From Noviherbaspirillum sp. (GTDB taxonomy: Bacteria > Pseudomonadota > Gammaproteobacteria > Burkholderiales > Burkholderiaceae_D), in the NCBI RefSeq assembly GCF_036563305.1, contig NZ_DATCMQ010000006.1:268233-332232 (forward strand): a DNA stretch of 64,000 bases, given 5' to 3'. The notes beneath the pieces were generated by a model. The model worked only from the letters and a program-made list of their open reading frames with translations. It did not search any database and was not told the origin of the DNA. A program made the position numbers and the translations under genes. Numbering within the stretch: position 1 is the first letter of the stretch; every line of letters begins with the position of its first letter. Shown here in pieces: positions 30,471-40,800 of this stretch.

Positions 30471-31955
30471 ATGGGAGCAGCCTTGACACCGTCCGACCTG
30501 TTGCCGGAACCCATGACCCCACCAGGGGGTCATCCCCTGTTCTTTGAGGCGGAGCGTCAGCGGTTCTTCCGCCCCCTGAATAGCTCCCGCCGGGAGCTTG
30601 TGGCTGCTTGCCTGCGGGCACTCTATGACCGACTGCACGGCCCCATGGCCGACTATGCCCACAACCTCACACGGGACGCGCTGCGCGAGCTCCTGCTGCC
30701 GGTCGTTCGGCAGTACCAAAGCGTCAAGGCGCAAGAGGGTGGCGACGATGAGCTGAGCGGTGCGGAAGCCGATGACCCGCAGGCGCTCGTCGGCATGGTC
30801 ATCCGGGCACTGCTGACCGACGCTTGGCTGGAGCAGTTCGCCGACCGCACCGGCCTCGTCACGGCCTTCCGATTTTCTCGGCCAGGGAAGCTGTTCGCGG
30901 AGGCCCTCTGGTCGTTGGACCGCCCGAGCCGTAGCCGGCAACGCAACATGCGTGGCTGTCGCAACGCCCTGGAAGCGGCGCTGTCCGACCGTGGTGATGC
31001 GCACGATTTAGTCGACGCTTACGAGTATGCCGAAAAGGTCATTGAGGACTTGACTGATGGCATCGACTATTTCCAGGAGCTGGTCCGGCACTTGATGCAA
31101 ACGGCCTCGGTGCAAACGCAATGGAGCGAATTTGTCGAGTTCCTGGACCGCTTCCAGCGCGACTATTCCAAGCAGCTGACCGCCGACAACGCAATGCTCA
31201 ACCGGCAGGCTATCGTGCAGAAGCTGGAGCGGCTTCGCCTCGTCCCCGAGACCAAGTCCAAACGGATGGACGAACAGCTGCGAGACGTCGCCCACTGGGC
31301 CGTGAAGGAACACGTAGGCTCATCCGTCTATGACTGGCTCCTGACCCGCATCGAAGACATCGTTGATGCCGCTTGTCAGTCGAAGCAGCCTGGCTTCCTG
31401 AAGGCCATGGAGACTTACCTAAAGCGGGTCAATGGCCTGGCGCTGCAGTCGATGATGCTGCGCGTAGGCCAGACCCGGCATGCCTACCTTGCCACGATTC
31501 AGCGGGTTGCTGAGGCCCCAAAGGAACAACAGGACCTGCTGCTCGCGCACGTGGGGCAGTTCCTGGCACCCGCGGAGGTGCGGTTGCTGGACCCTGTAAG
31601 CTTCAAGCTCCGAACGGCCGCCCAGCGCCGCAAGGCGGTAACGATTTCCGTTCGGCCGCGCCCCTCTCGAGAAGAGCGTCTAGCTGCGGCTATGGGCCGT
31701 GCCGAGGCGGAGGCCTTCTCCATCCCCAACGAAGAGGTTGCCCAACTGCTTCGACGTGACCTGCGCATCTTTCAACATCCCATTCGTGTCTCAGCGCTCC
31801 CGACGGCCACCGCCCGCGATACCCTCCGTGCCATGCAGGCTGTGGAGGCGGTTCGAAGCGAGGTAGGCGCAGACCTGTCCGTCAAAAAACTGCCCACCCG
31901 CTTGGAGAACGAGCTCTACAGCGGCAACGACTACGAGATTGACCTCAAAAAATGA
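30471..31955 (+). CDS. jetA: Wadjet JetA (MksF/kleisin-like, DUF3375-type)
   Basis: 494 aa and first of four translationally coupled genes (ATGA overlaps). Size and position match the JetABCD pattern. No catalytic motif is expected. Confidence 0.8.
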   Translation: MGAALTPSDLLPEPMTPPGGHPLFFEAERQRFFRPLNSSRRELVAACLRALYDRLHGPMADYAHNLTRDALRELLLPVVRQYQSVKAQEGGDDELSGAEADDPQALVGMVIRALLTDAWLEQFADRTGLVTAFRFSRPGKLFAEALWSLDRPSRSRQRNMRGCRNALEAALSDRGDAHDLVDAYEYAEKVIEDLTDGIDYFQELVRHLMQTASVQTQWSEFVEFLDRFQRDYSKQLTADNAMLNRQAIVQKLERLRLVPETKSKRMDEQLRDVAHWAVKEHVGSSVYDWLLTRIEDIVDAACQSKQPGFLKAMETYLKRVNGLALQSMMLRVGQTRHAYLATIQRVAEAPKEQQDLLLAHVGQFLAPAEVRLLDPVSFKLRTAAQRRKAVTISVRPRPSREERLAAAMGRAEAEAFSIPNEEVAQLLRRDLRIFQHPIRVSALPTATARDTLRAMQAVEAVRSEVGADLSVKKLPTRLENELYSGNDYEIDLKK

Positions 31956-32623
31956 GCCTCCTGTCGCACATCAACGAACAACTCGCGCTTGTCAACATAA
32001 AGCCAGACCGGTTCCGGGAGATTATCAACCGCCTGATGGCGTACGGCGTCATCGTGCGGGATGAAGACCGGGTTGAGCAGCTGCTGTATGACGACGCAAG
32101 GCGCGTCGAGGGCCTGCTGGAGGATTACTTCGACATTGCTGGCTTTCGTTTGTACCACGACAGCAATAACCAGTTCTATCGCCTCTATGTGGCGGGTGCC
32201 GTAGTCGATGGACTGCCTGAGGACATCCTGGAGCCGACCCCATCGCTGCGAGCTCGGGTGTCGCCCGACTTCGTTGCAATCGCACTTGCTCTGCGCTTTC
32301 TGTACCAAAACAAGCTCAATACGGGCGACATCCAGCCGCAGGGCGAAGCGCTGGTGAGCTTCGAGGAAATCGCGGCTACCATGCAGACGCAATTGAAGCG
32401 TCCTCTGCCGAGCAGCATGGGTGACAAGATGGCCCTGTTGGCCGAGTTGAAGCGACATCGCCTGCTCAGCTACACGGCCGAGTTCTCGATTTCGGACGAA
32501 GACGCGCTTCTGGCTATCCGACCAACCATCTTGGGCATCGTGTCCAACGACGCACTAAGTGCTGCCCTCGAGGCAGAAGGCGTGGTTGACCAAGAAACGT
32601 CCGTCGAGGAGAACGGCCAATGA
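31952..32623 (+). CDS. jetB: Wadjet JetB (MksE-like, DUF4194-type)
   Basis: 223 aa acidic protein lying between jetA and the SMC-like ATPase, with 4-nt overlaps on both sides. Confidence 0.8.
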   Translation: MSLLSHINEQLALVNIKPDRFREIINRLMAYGVIVRDEDRVEQLLYDDARRVEGLLEDYFDIAGFRLYHDSNNQFYRLYVAGAVVDGLPEDILEPTPSLRARVSPDFVAIALALRFLYQNKLNTGDIQPQGEALVSFEEIAATMQTQLKRPLPSSMGDKMALLAELKRHRLLSYTAEFSISDEDALLAIRPTILGIVSNDALSAALEAEGVVDQETSVEENGQ

Positions 32624-35600
32624 AGCTCGACCGCTTGGTGCTCGTGAACTGGGGGCAGTTGCAACCGGGTAACTACGAGCTGGGTAACATGACTCTGCTC
32701 ACTGGTCCAACGGGTGCAGGGAAGTCGACGATGCTCGATGGACTCCAAACCATCATGACGGCGGCCTACCAAGGTATTGTGGCTTACAACCCTGGCCAAG
32801 AGGAAGTGCAGCAAAATCAGCGCCGTGGCAAGTCCAGGCGCACCCTTGAGTCCTTCGTGGTCGGCGCCGAGTACAGCCGCTTCTCTCGGCCGGCAGGTGC
32901 TCAGGGCTACCTAGCGGCGGTCTTTCGTCCAGGGCCCGAGGACGGCTCGGCAAAGATGTTCACTGCGCTCGTAGCAGCCTCGGCACGCGTCGACGGCTCA
33001 GGGGAAAGAAGGGACACGAAGCTGGAGCGCCTTGTCCTAGTCATCGTCGAAGACGCAGCCTTGTCGGTCGAGCAGTTTTTCGAGGACGTCGACGAAGGAA
33101 TCTGCGTCCCGGTCGAAGGCATTGTCAAACGGTTGAAGGCCAAGTACCCGAAGGTCATCACCTACGACGACCACAAGCGCGACTACCTGTGCGGGCTTTA
33201 CGGCAGGTTCCGCGGGCGTGTGTCCATTCCTTGGGACGAGGCTCAAAACGCGGCTCGGGCATGGTCGCAGTCGATTGCCTACAAGCCTATCGGCTCGGTT
33301 CATGACTTGGTTCGGGACGACATCCTCGAGTTCGATGGAAAGCTGCTGCAGGAGAGCATCACACGCATCAGCGACCTGATGCGCCAGGTGACGAGCTTGA
33401 AGGTTGAAGGCAAACGCATCGAAGCGACTGTCACTCGACTTCGCGAGCTGAAGGAGGTCATCAGCAAGACCACCGCCACCTTCGAAGAGCAGGTCCAATA
33501 TGACTTGCTCCTGGCTAAGATGCAGCTGGCCGCCGACGAAGAGCGCATCGCCTCAGAGCGGAAGAAAATTAAGGACGATACGGCGCTAGCCGGCCAGAAC
33601 AAGCTCAAGGCCAAGTCCGAAGCGCAGTTGAAGCGCAACGTTGATAGCAGTCGCATTGAAATCGCAGCGAAGTTGAGTGGCATCCCAGCCCACGCTGAGA
33701 AGACTACACTTGACGAACGCCTTGAACGGGCGACGTCGGCCGCGCGCGGCAAGCTCGCTGAGCTTCATGCCGGTCTCCACGCCGCGGCACACATCAAAAA
33801 CATAGGGGACACCATCGTCAAGCGGCCGGTGCCGGAACAGTTCCCGAAGCTGCGCGCGTCGGTAGACGTGGTGGCTAAGGCACTCGCATCCACCAATTTG
33901 GACCGGCTAGCCGGGCTGCTCGATTCCGTGGTGGACGCGAACCGGGATGATGTACTATCGGTGGAGAAGTTGCTTCAGCTCGCCCCTGCATTTGACGGCA
34001 TCGACGCCGGCCTGAGCCCGGTGCATAACTCCTTGGTCGGCACGGAGGGCAGCGTACTCATGGCAGTCGCGGCCGAATTGGCATCGCTCACTCAGAGCAT
34101 CGAGACCGCGAAGAAGGAACGCGGAGAGCTGGCTGAGCGCAAGAAACGCTTGGCTGCGGGTGCCGGCAACTACAACCGGGACACAATCCTTGCGCTTGAC
34201 CGCATTCGGGAGAAACTGCCAGACGCTGGCGTGCAGGTCTTATGCGACCTGGTCGAGCCGGCGTCTGAAGAGTGGCAAGCCGCCATCGAGGGCTACATGG
34301 ACGGCGCGCGTTTCAACCTCATCGTCAAACCGGATTGGGAGGCTCGCACGATTGACTTTCTGCAGTCATGGGGTTCGCGCTCGAAGGTTGTTCAGGGAAA
34401 GCGATGCTTGGACCGCGCTGACCCGTCTCGTGTGCCGGGCACTTCCATCATCCACGAGCTACGCACCGGCCACCCCATCGCGCGAGCCTACCTCATTGAG
34501 CAGTTCGGCTCTGTTGTGAAGGTGGCGGACTCTGAAGAGTTGCGACGGACCCCGCGGGGCCTCACCAAGGACGGCAAGGGCAGTGGCGCGATGACGATGT
34601 TCATCTGCGAACGCAGGGACTTCGTGCTTGGCCGCAACGCTCGTGAGCGGGCGTTGCAGCGAACCACGGAACAGTTGGAAACCGCCGACAAGGACATCAG
34701 TGAGCTGGAGAGCTCCCAGGGAACGTTAGAGGGCTTCCGGAAGTTGCTTACGTCGCTGAAGGAGCCAACGTTCGACGCCCAGCCTCTTGCCCAGCACGCC
34801 GGCGACCTGGATGCTACGCGGCGGTCGCTGTCGCAGCTCGACTTGCGCGAGGTCGAACAGCTACGGGCAGAGCTGATTCGCCTGGAAGAGGTTATCCGTG
34901 TGCACGACGGGGAAATCGAGGCAGCCAACAAGGAGGTCACGCTTGCTGAGCAGCGCATCAAGACCGCGCAAGAAACCATCGAACGCATCAACGCCGCCCG
35001 CGATGCTCGATTTCAGGAGCGCGAGAACCAGACTCGTCGGCTGAAGCATCTTTGCGAAGCGAACTCCGAGAAGACGTACACCGTGATGGCCCAAGAGGTC
35101 GAGGACCTCATCACCTCGCATACGTACGAAGTTCCCGCCGTTCAAGCCCGGCTGAACCACTTACGCACTCAACCCGAAAAGCTTCTGGGAGACGTGCGCG
35201 AAATGCTGGCCGAATACAACACCGCCGTCCGGACTGACGAACGTTTTCAATCTGCGCTGCCGCATCTGACGGACGCCCCGTCCTTCGACCCTTACTACGG
35301 TCCCCTGGTCCTCCTTGGGCGTTCGGTCAGCGCGCTTCATAACGAGCTGGAGAGCATCGGCCTGTACAACAACCGCGCCAAGGTCGAGGAAGCGGAGCGC
35401 TCCTTCCACGACGTGTTCACCAAGCAGTTCTGCGTCGAAATCAAGAGCAAGGTCGACGAAGGCGTGCGGATGCTGCGCCAGTTGAACATCGAGCTCGAGA
35501 AGCTGAAGTTCGGCACCGACCGCTTCAACATCGACTGGTCGAAGTGGGAGCCCGAGTTCCAGGAGTATTACGGCTTCTTCTCCGCCGTCGCGGAACTGGC

Positions 35601-36252
35601 CGATTCGCCGGAAGGGGTGGACCTGTTCGGTGAGACGGAGCTCTCGCCTAAGCACATCGAGGTCCGTGACCGCTTGGTCAAGCTACTCCTGGACCAAGAC
35701 CAGGACAGGGCGGGGCGCGAGCTGCTGCGGATTGCTGACTACCGCAACTACCGACGCTACGAAATCTGGAATGATTCGGACAGCGGCGGCCGCATCGCCC
35801 TGTCGACGTGGGGAACGGGCTCGGGTGGTCAGTTGGAGACGCCTGCGTATATCGTCCGCGCCGCCGTTGTGACCAACCGCCTGCGCCTCTTCGAGAAGGG
35901 CGCCAGCTTGAAGTTGCTTGTCAGCGACGAATCCTTCTCTCGCATGGACGAGCCGCGCGCACGTGCCGTCCTGCGGTATCTGCGAGATAGCATGGGCCTG
36001 CAGCTGGTCAGCGCCATGCCGACCAAGCACGCCGGCGCGCTGCGCCCTGAGTTCGACCGCGAGTTCAGCTTCAGCCGCATGAACGTGCCAGACAACGGTG
36101 AAATTGACTTCGTCTCCGAGTGCGACGAGCGCATCTTCAAGAAGGACCGCATGCGTGAGGTCTGGGAAGCGCAGCGTCAAGAGGTTCGCGAACAAGCCAA
36201 GCTGCTCTTTGATGCCGCACAGCCCAAAGAGGTCACGGGAGCTGCGAAGTGA
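32620..36252 (+). CDS. jetC: Wadjet JetC (MksB/SMC-like ATPase)
   Basis: 1210 aa. N-terminal Walker A (LTGPTGAGKSTMLDGLQ), long coiled-coil-type middle region, and C-terminal Walker B (KLLVSDESFSRMDE). Confidence 0.9.
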   Translation: MKLDRLVLVNWGQLQPGNYELGNMTLLTGPTGAGKSTMLDGLQTIMTAAYQGIVAYNPGQEEVQQNQRRGKSRRTLESFVVGAEYSRFSRPAGAQGYLAAVFRPGPEDGSAKMFTALVAASARVDGSGERRDTKLERLVLVIVEDAALSVEQFFEDVDEGICVPVEGIVKRLKAKYPKVITYDDHKRDYLCGLYGRFRGRVSIPWDEAQNAARAWSQSIAYKPIGSVHDLVRDDILEFDGKLLQESITRISDLMRQVTSLKVEGKRIEATVTRLRELKEVISKTTATFEEQVQYDLLLAKMQLAADEERIASERKKIKDDTALAGQNKLKAKSEAQLKRNVDSSRIEIAAKLSGIPAHAEKTTLDERLERATSAARGKLAELHAGLHAAAHIKNIGDTIVKRPVPEQFPKLRASVDVVAKALASTNLDRLAGLLDSVVDANRDDVLSVEKLLQLAPAFDGIDAGLSPVHNSLVGTEGSVLMAVAAELASLTQSIETAKKERGELAERKKRLAAGAGNYNRDTILALDRIREKLPDAGVQVLCDLVEPASEEWQAAIEGYMDGARFNLIVKPDWEARTIDFLQSWGSRSKVVQGKRCLDRADPSRVPGTSIIHELRTGHPIARAYLIEQFGSVVKVADSEELRRTPRGLTKDGKGSGAMTMFICERRDFVLGRNARERALQRTTEQLETADKDISELESSQGTLEGFRKLLTSLKEPTFDAQPLAQHAGDLDATRRSLSQLDLREVEQLRAELIRLEEVIRVHDGEIEAANKEVTLAEQRIKTAQETIERINAARDARFQERENQTRRLKHLCEANSEKTYTVMAQEVEDLITSHTYEVPAVQARLNHLRTQPEKLLGDVREMLAEYNTAVRTDERFQSALPHLTDAPSFDPYYGPLVLLGRSVSALHNELESIGLYNNRAKVEEAERSFHDVFTKQFCVEIKSKVDEGVRMLRQLNIELEKLKFGTDRFNIDWSKWEPEFQEYYGFFSAVAELADSPEGVDLFGETELSPKHIEVRDRLVKLLLDQDQDRAGRELLRIADYRNYRRYEIWNDSDSGGRIALSTWGTGSGGQLETPAYIVRAAVVTNRLRLFEKGASLKLLVSDESFSRMDEPRARAVLRYLRDSMGLQLVSAMPTKHAGALRPEFDREFSFSRMNVPDNGEIDFVSECDERIFKKDRMREVWEAQRQEVREQAKLLFDAAQPKEVTGAAK

Positions 36253-37394
36253 CGGACCAACCACTTTGGCTTCAGTCTTCCCCTGTTCAGCAGCTACTGA
36301 ACCTGCTCGTGGACCGAATGGATTCTGCCGAGCAAAGGGGAAGCGCTCGTACACAGTCGGTCGCTCTCTCGGAGCGAACTTGGCCGGCTCTCTACAAAGC
36401 TCAGCGGGAGTCGGAAAAGGAAGAGCTTTGGGGGCATGCCGTCGAGTTGGTGCGTTGGGGTTGGCTCACGGTCAAGCCAGCTGGCGCTATCCGCTCCCGC
36501 TCTGGCTATGCCGACTCCCCGCGCGTCACGGTTGCCAACGAGGTCGAGGTGAGAAAGACGGTCGGTCGCGCACACCGCGTCAAGTCCGCAGCTGAGCGTT
36601 GGCGCGAAGCTGTCCGCGACGGGCTTGAGGGGTCCGCCGAGGTCAAGGCCGCTGTCTCCGAGTTCTGTATCGACATGCCGGACCGCACCATGGCCGAGGT
36701 TGTCGAACGGCTGAACGAGCTCCCCGCGCTTGCTGGCAAGCCCATGCTGCTCCGCGAAGTCTCCTCTCAGCTGTTCTGGGGCATGTCGAAGGTCCTGGAC
36801 AAGCGGCAAGGACTCGTCGCCGCGGTCTTGGGTGTCGATGAATGCCCGTTTCCGGAATCTCCGCTTCAGCTGCAGGTGTTCCTGCCGCCGGCGGGCTGCC
36901 AGGGCGTGCTGTTCATCGAGAACCTCATGAGCTTCGAGCGCGCCATTCGCTCGACCAGCGCGGCGTTCGACGGGCTAGCATTGGTCTACGCTTCAGGTTT
37001 CAAGGGAAGTGCTCAACGGCTGCGTACACCAGATGGTTGCTCTCTCTTCTACGCGGCCCGTGGCAACATCAGTCAAAACCTTCGAAGCGGCTTCGAGGCC
37101 TGGCTCTTTGGCAAGGACGCCACTCCGGCCTTCTTCTGGGGTGACCTGGATTGGTCCGGCATGCGCATTCTGTCTGCTATGCGCACACGTTTCTTCGGCC
37201 TCACGGCCTGGGAACCGGGCTACTCCCAGATGCTGGCCGTTCTCATGGAAGGCAAGGGGCACACACCGGAGGCCGCCGACAAGCAAGGACAGAAGGCGCT
37301 AGGCACCTCCGGTTGTGCCTACGCGGACGCCCACTTGATACCTGCGCTGCAGACCTACGGAAGGTTTGTTGACCAGGAGCAAATCAACCTGTAG
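36249..37394 (+). CDS. jetD: Wadjet JetD (Toprim/TopoVI-A-like nuclease subunit, DUF3322+DUF2220-type)
   Basis: 381 aa. Toprim-type acidic motifs FIENLMSFE and FFWGDLDWSGMRIL are present. It is the fourth gene of the coupled operon. Confidence 0.85.
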   Translation: MTDQPLWLQSSPVQQLLNLLVDRMDSAEQRGSARTQSVALSERTWPALYKAQRESEKEELWGHAVELVRWGWLTVKPAGAIRSRSGYADSPRVTVANEVEVRKTVGRAHRVKSAAERWREAVRDGLEGSAEVKAAVSEFCIDMPDRTMAEVVERLNELPALAGKPMLLREVSSQLFWGMSKVLDKRQGLVAAVLGVDECPFPESPLQLQVFLPPAGCQGVLFIENLMSFERAIRSTSAAFDGLALVYASGFKGSAQRLRTPDGCSLFYAARGNISQNLRSGFEAWLFGKDATPAFFWGDLDWSGMRILSAMRTRFFGLTAWEPGYSQMLAVLMEGKGHTPEAADKQGQKALGTSGCAYADAHLIPALQTYGRFVDQEQINL

Positions 37395-37876
37395 TGCTCC
37401 TTTATACTGCGTTTGCAGTCGTGGGCCGCGCGGCGGTTCTCTCCTTGGGCTGGCAGGTGGCGCACCACTTTTTCGCTGCATAAGTTGACAGGTACAGACC
37501 AACCAGAGGGACCAGGGGAATAACCACCAAACGCAACACCGTGCGTGGCCCACCACTTCAACCCCTATAGTTACTTCTAAGAAGAAGTGGTGCACGCGTG
37601 GGTGAGGCAGGCACCTGAAACCGTCGTTGGCCATGCCCCCACAGTCGCGTCAACTTACCGGGTCTGGAACATCCACTCCGAGATGCAAGCGCAACGGAAT
37701 TGGATTGCCTCTCTCCCATATCTATGGGGGACGATTCATGCAACAGTCACCCATTCCGCTAATTGCGCCGCCTTATTTCCACTTTGCTATTAGTGACCAG
37801 TGGACATCCAGCTTTAGCGTCGATACAGTTGTCAGTCTTTCCCCCATGTAAGGCGGCAGTACGCGCCACCTAATGT

Positions 37877-40800
37877 ATGACGACAGAAATGGGCGCAACA
37901 TCGCCGCTGACAGTAGACATAGTCGCTGTCGAAGAATCATTGGCTGCACTGGAAGTCACCCGGCCTACGCTAGAGCTCGCGATTCAAGCAGACCAGACAA
38001 CCGGGTACGTCGCAATCCAAAACAACATACCGGTTGTCCGCAGCCTAACTGTCACGAACACTGGCGACGCTCCATTGAAGAATGTGGAAGTTCTCGTTGC
38101 GTGTTCACCCGCATTTGCTTCAAGCGTCAAACTGCGTTTCGAGCACTTGGCTCCAGGAGAAAGCCGTAGGATTGTGCCTGTTGACCTTCAGGCGGACCAT
38201 AGCTACCTGACGCAACTGGATGAGCTAGAGCGTGGAACCATCTCCGCCAAAGCTTCCTCGGCGGACGTGGAGCTCGCTGAGACGTCGAAAAGCATCGACA
38301 TCTTGGCCTATGAACAGTGGGCAGCTACACGGTCTCTCCCCGAACTGCTTGCCGCGTTTTGCATGCCCAACTCCCGGGTGGTAGACCAGCTCATTAGCAA
38401 AGCCTCAACACTTCTTCGGCAGACGAATACCGAACTCTCAATGAGCGGCTACCAGGCGAAGAATAGGGAGAAGGTCTGGAAGCAAATATCCGCCCTGTAT
38501 AGCGCAATCGTTGCCGAAAGCTTGCATTACTCGAACCCGCCTGCTTCATTCGGTACGGACGGTCAGAAAATCCGGACGCCCGAGCGGATGCTGGATGGTA
38601 GGCTGGGTACCTGCCTCGACCTCACGATGCTTTTCGCATCGTGCCTCGAGCAAGCGGGCATCAATCCGGTCGTCCTCATCAAAGAAGGCCACTCGTGGGT
38701 TGGGGCTTGGTTGGTCGACACCTGCTTCCCGACTGCGCTGGTCGACGACGTTCAGGCGGTCCGCAAGCGCGTTAAGTCCGGAGAGTTTGTTGTATTCGAG
38801 ACAACCGGTGTTGCAGGTGGTCAGAAACCTTCCCTGCGCTGGGCTTGCTCTCAAGGTGAAGAGTATTTGCAAGAGGAGGGGAGGTTCCAATACGCCGTCG
38901 ATATCCGGCGTGCCAGAGAAGTCCAGATACGTCCCTTGCCCTCGCGCTCGAAAGCTGAGCCACACGCTCAAATTGCCGATTCAGCGCCTCCGGCAATCGA
39001 GGACATGCCATCCCTGCCTCCGCTGGACCCGCTCGCGGTTCCAGCCATCGAAGTCAATGTGCCGGACACTCCCGAGGGACGCCTGGCAAAGTGGAAGAGC
39101 AAGCTGTTGGACCTGACACTCCGGAACAAGCTACTCAACTTCAAGCCGACGAAGACGTCGTTAGGGGTTATCTGTCCGGACCCGAACGCTCTTGAAGACA
39201 GCCTTTCGGAGGGCAAGGAATTCAAGATTCGTCCGCTGCCGCAGCTGATGAGCGGTTCCGACACGCGTGAAGCAGCTGTTTTCACGGCCCGCAACGGCGC
39301 TACTCCGCTTGACGCCCTGGCACTTGACGCCCTCGGCCGCCGCGAAATTATCGTCAATGTACCTGAGGAGTCGCTTGAAGGACGTCTCGTGGAGATTTTC
39401 CGGGCTGCGGGAACCGGGTTAGAGGAAGGCGGCGCAAATACGCTTTTCCTGGCATTTGGTCTCCTGCAGTGGCAAGAAGATAAGGACGCCGAAGCACAGC
39501 ATTTGGCGCCCATTCTCCTCGTGCCGGTGACATTATCCCGGCAGTCCGTTCGAAGCGGCTTCCGCCTCGTGCGACATGACGACGACGCCCTGGTCAATCC
39601 GACGCTCGTCCAAAAGCTGTGGCAGGACTTCAGTCTCAAGTTGCCAGCATTTGACGTACTACCCTCTGACGAAAAGGGAATTGACGTCGGCAAGGTACTT
39701 CAGACGTTCCGGCTGCATGTAGCCGAGCTGAAAGGGTGGGAAGTCAAGGACGAGGTCCACCTGGGTATTTTCTCGTTCACCAAGTACCTGATGTGGAAGG
39801 ACCTCCAGGACCGACATCAGCAGCTCCAGGCGAACACCGTTGTTTCTCACCTCATCAACAATCCGGACGAAGCGTTTGCCTCGGCCGATATTGGATTCGA
39901 ACCGAGCACACTCGACCAAGCCTATCGCCCCCAAGACCTATTTGCACCGCTGCTGTCCGATTCCTCACAGCTTAGGGCGATTTGTGCTGCCAGCGACGGC
40001 AAAAATCTGGTGGTAGAAGGCCCGCCGGGAACCGGCAAGAGCCAGACAATTACTAACCTCATCTCGCACCTGCTAGCGACCGGGAAAACCGTCCTGTTCG
40101 TCTCGGAGAAGATGGCGGCACTGGAGGTCGTGCATCGACGGCTGAATTCCTTGGGGCTGGGCGCATTTTGCCTGGAGCTGCATTCATCAAAGGCGAAGAA
40201 GGCCGAGGTTCTCAAGCAGCTGGGAACGGCACTTGAGGCAGCGACGTCCAGGACTGTCAAAGAATGGGACATGGAGGCCGAACGCTTGGGAGCGCTCCGC
40301 CAGGAACTAAACGGCGTAGCAACCGCACTGCATCGAATCTATCCGAACGACCTGACTGTCTTCGAGGCCATTGGCACGTGCATTAAGTATGGCAGCAAGC
40401 GTCCGGCGTCAATGGGCTGGGCGGACGCAAACGCTCATACCCGCCCCGCGCTCGAAGGATTGCGCGAGACCGCGCGCCAAATGGCTGCACTTGCAAGCCA
40501 GCTTTCTGACCTTCGGACCCACCCGTTGTCGGCTGTTCGACGGGGCGATTGGAGTCCTAGCTGGCAGCAGGAACTGCTGGATGCGGCTGCCGCCTTGGAG
40601 AAAGCTGTATCAGAACTTCAGTCCGGTGCTGGTGACATGTTGAGGCTCTTCGGACTCGATGCGTCACTGTTTTCGCTACGCGACCTCGAATCGTTCGACC
40701 GGCTTGCCGATACCCTTATCCGTGCTCCGCGGGTTCCTACTGGGGTAGCGAAAGCCGCCCACGACGAAGCCGCGCGAGCCCGGCTCGGAAGCCTCCGTCA

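Noticed and set aside
37395-37876. Inverted repeat caccacttc...gaagtggtg (about 37549-37593) and small ORFs in the jetD-helicase spacer, considered as a possible ncRNA or regulatory element.
   Set aside because: It is only a 9-bp stem with a large loop and no T-tract or further structure that I could support. It is probably just promoter or leader sequence for the 1990-aa gene.
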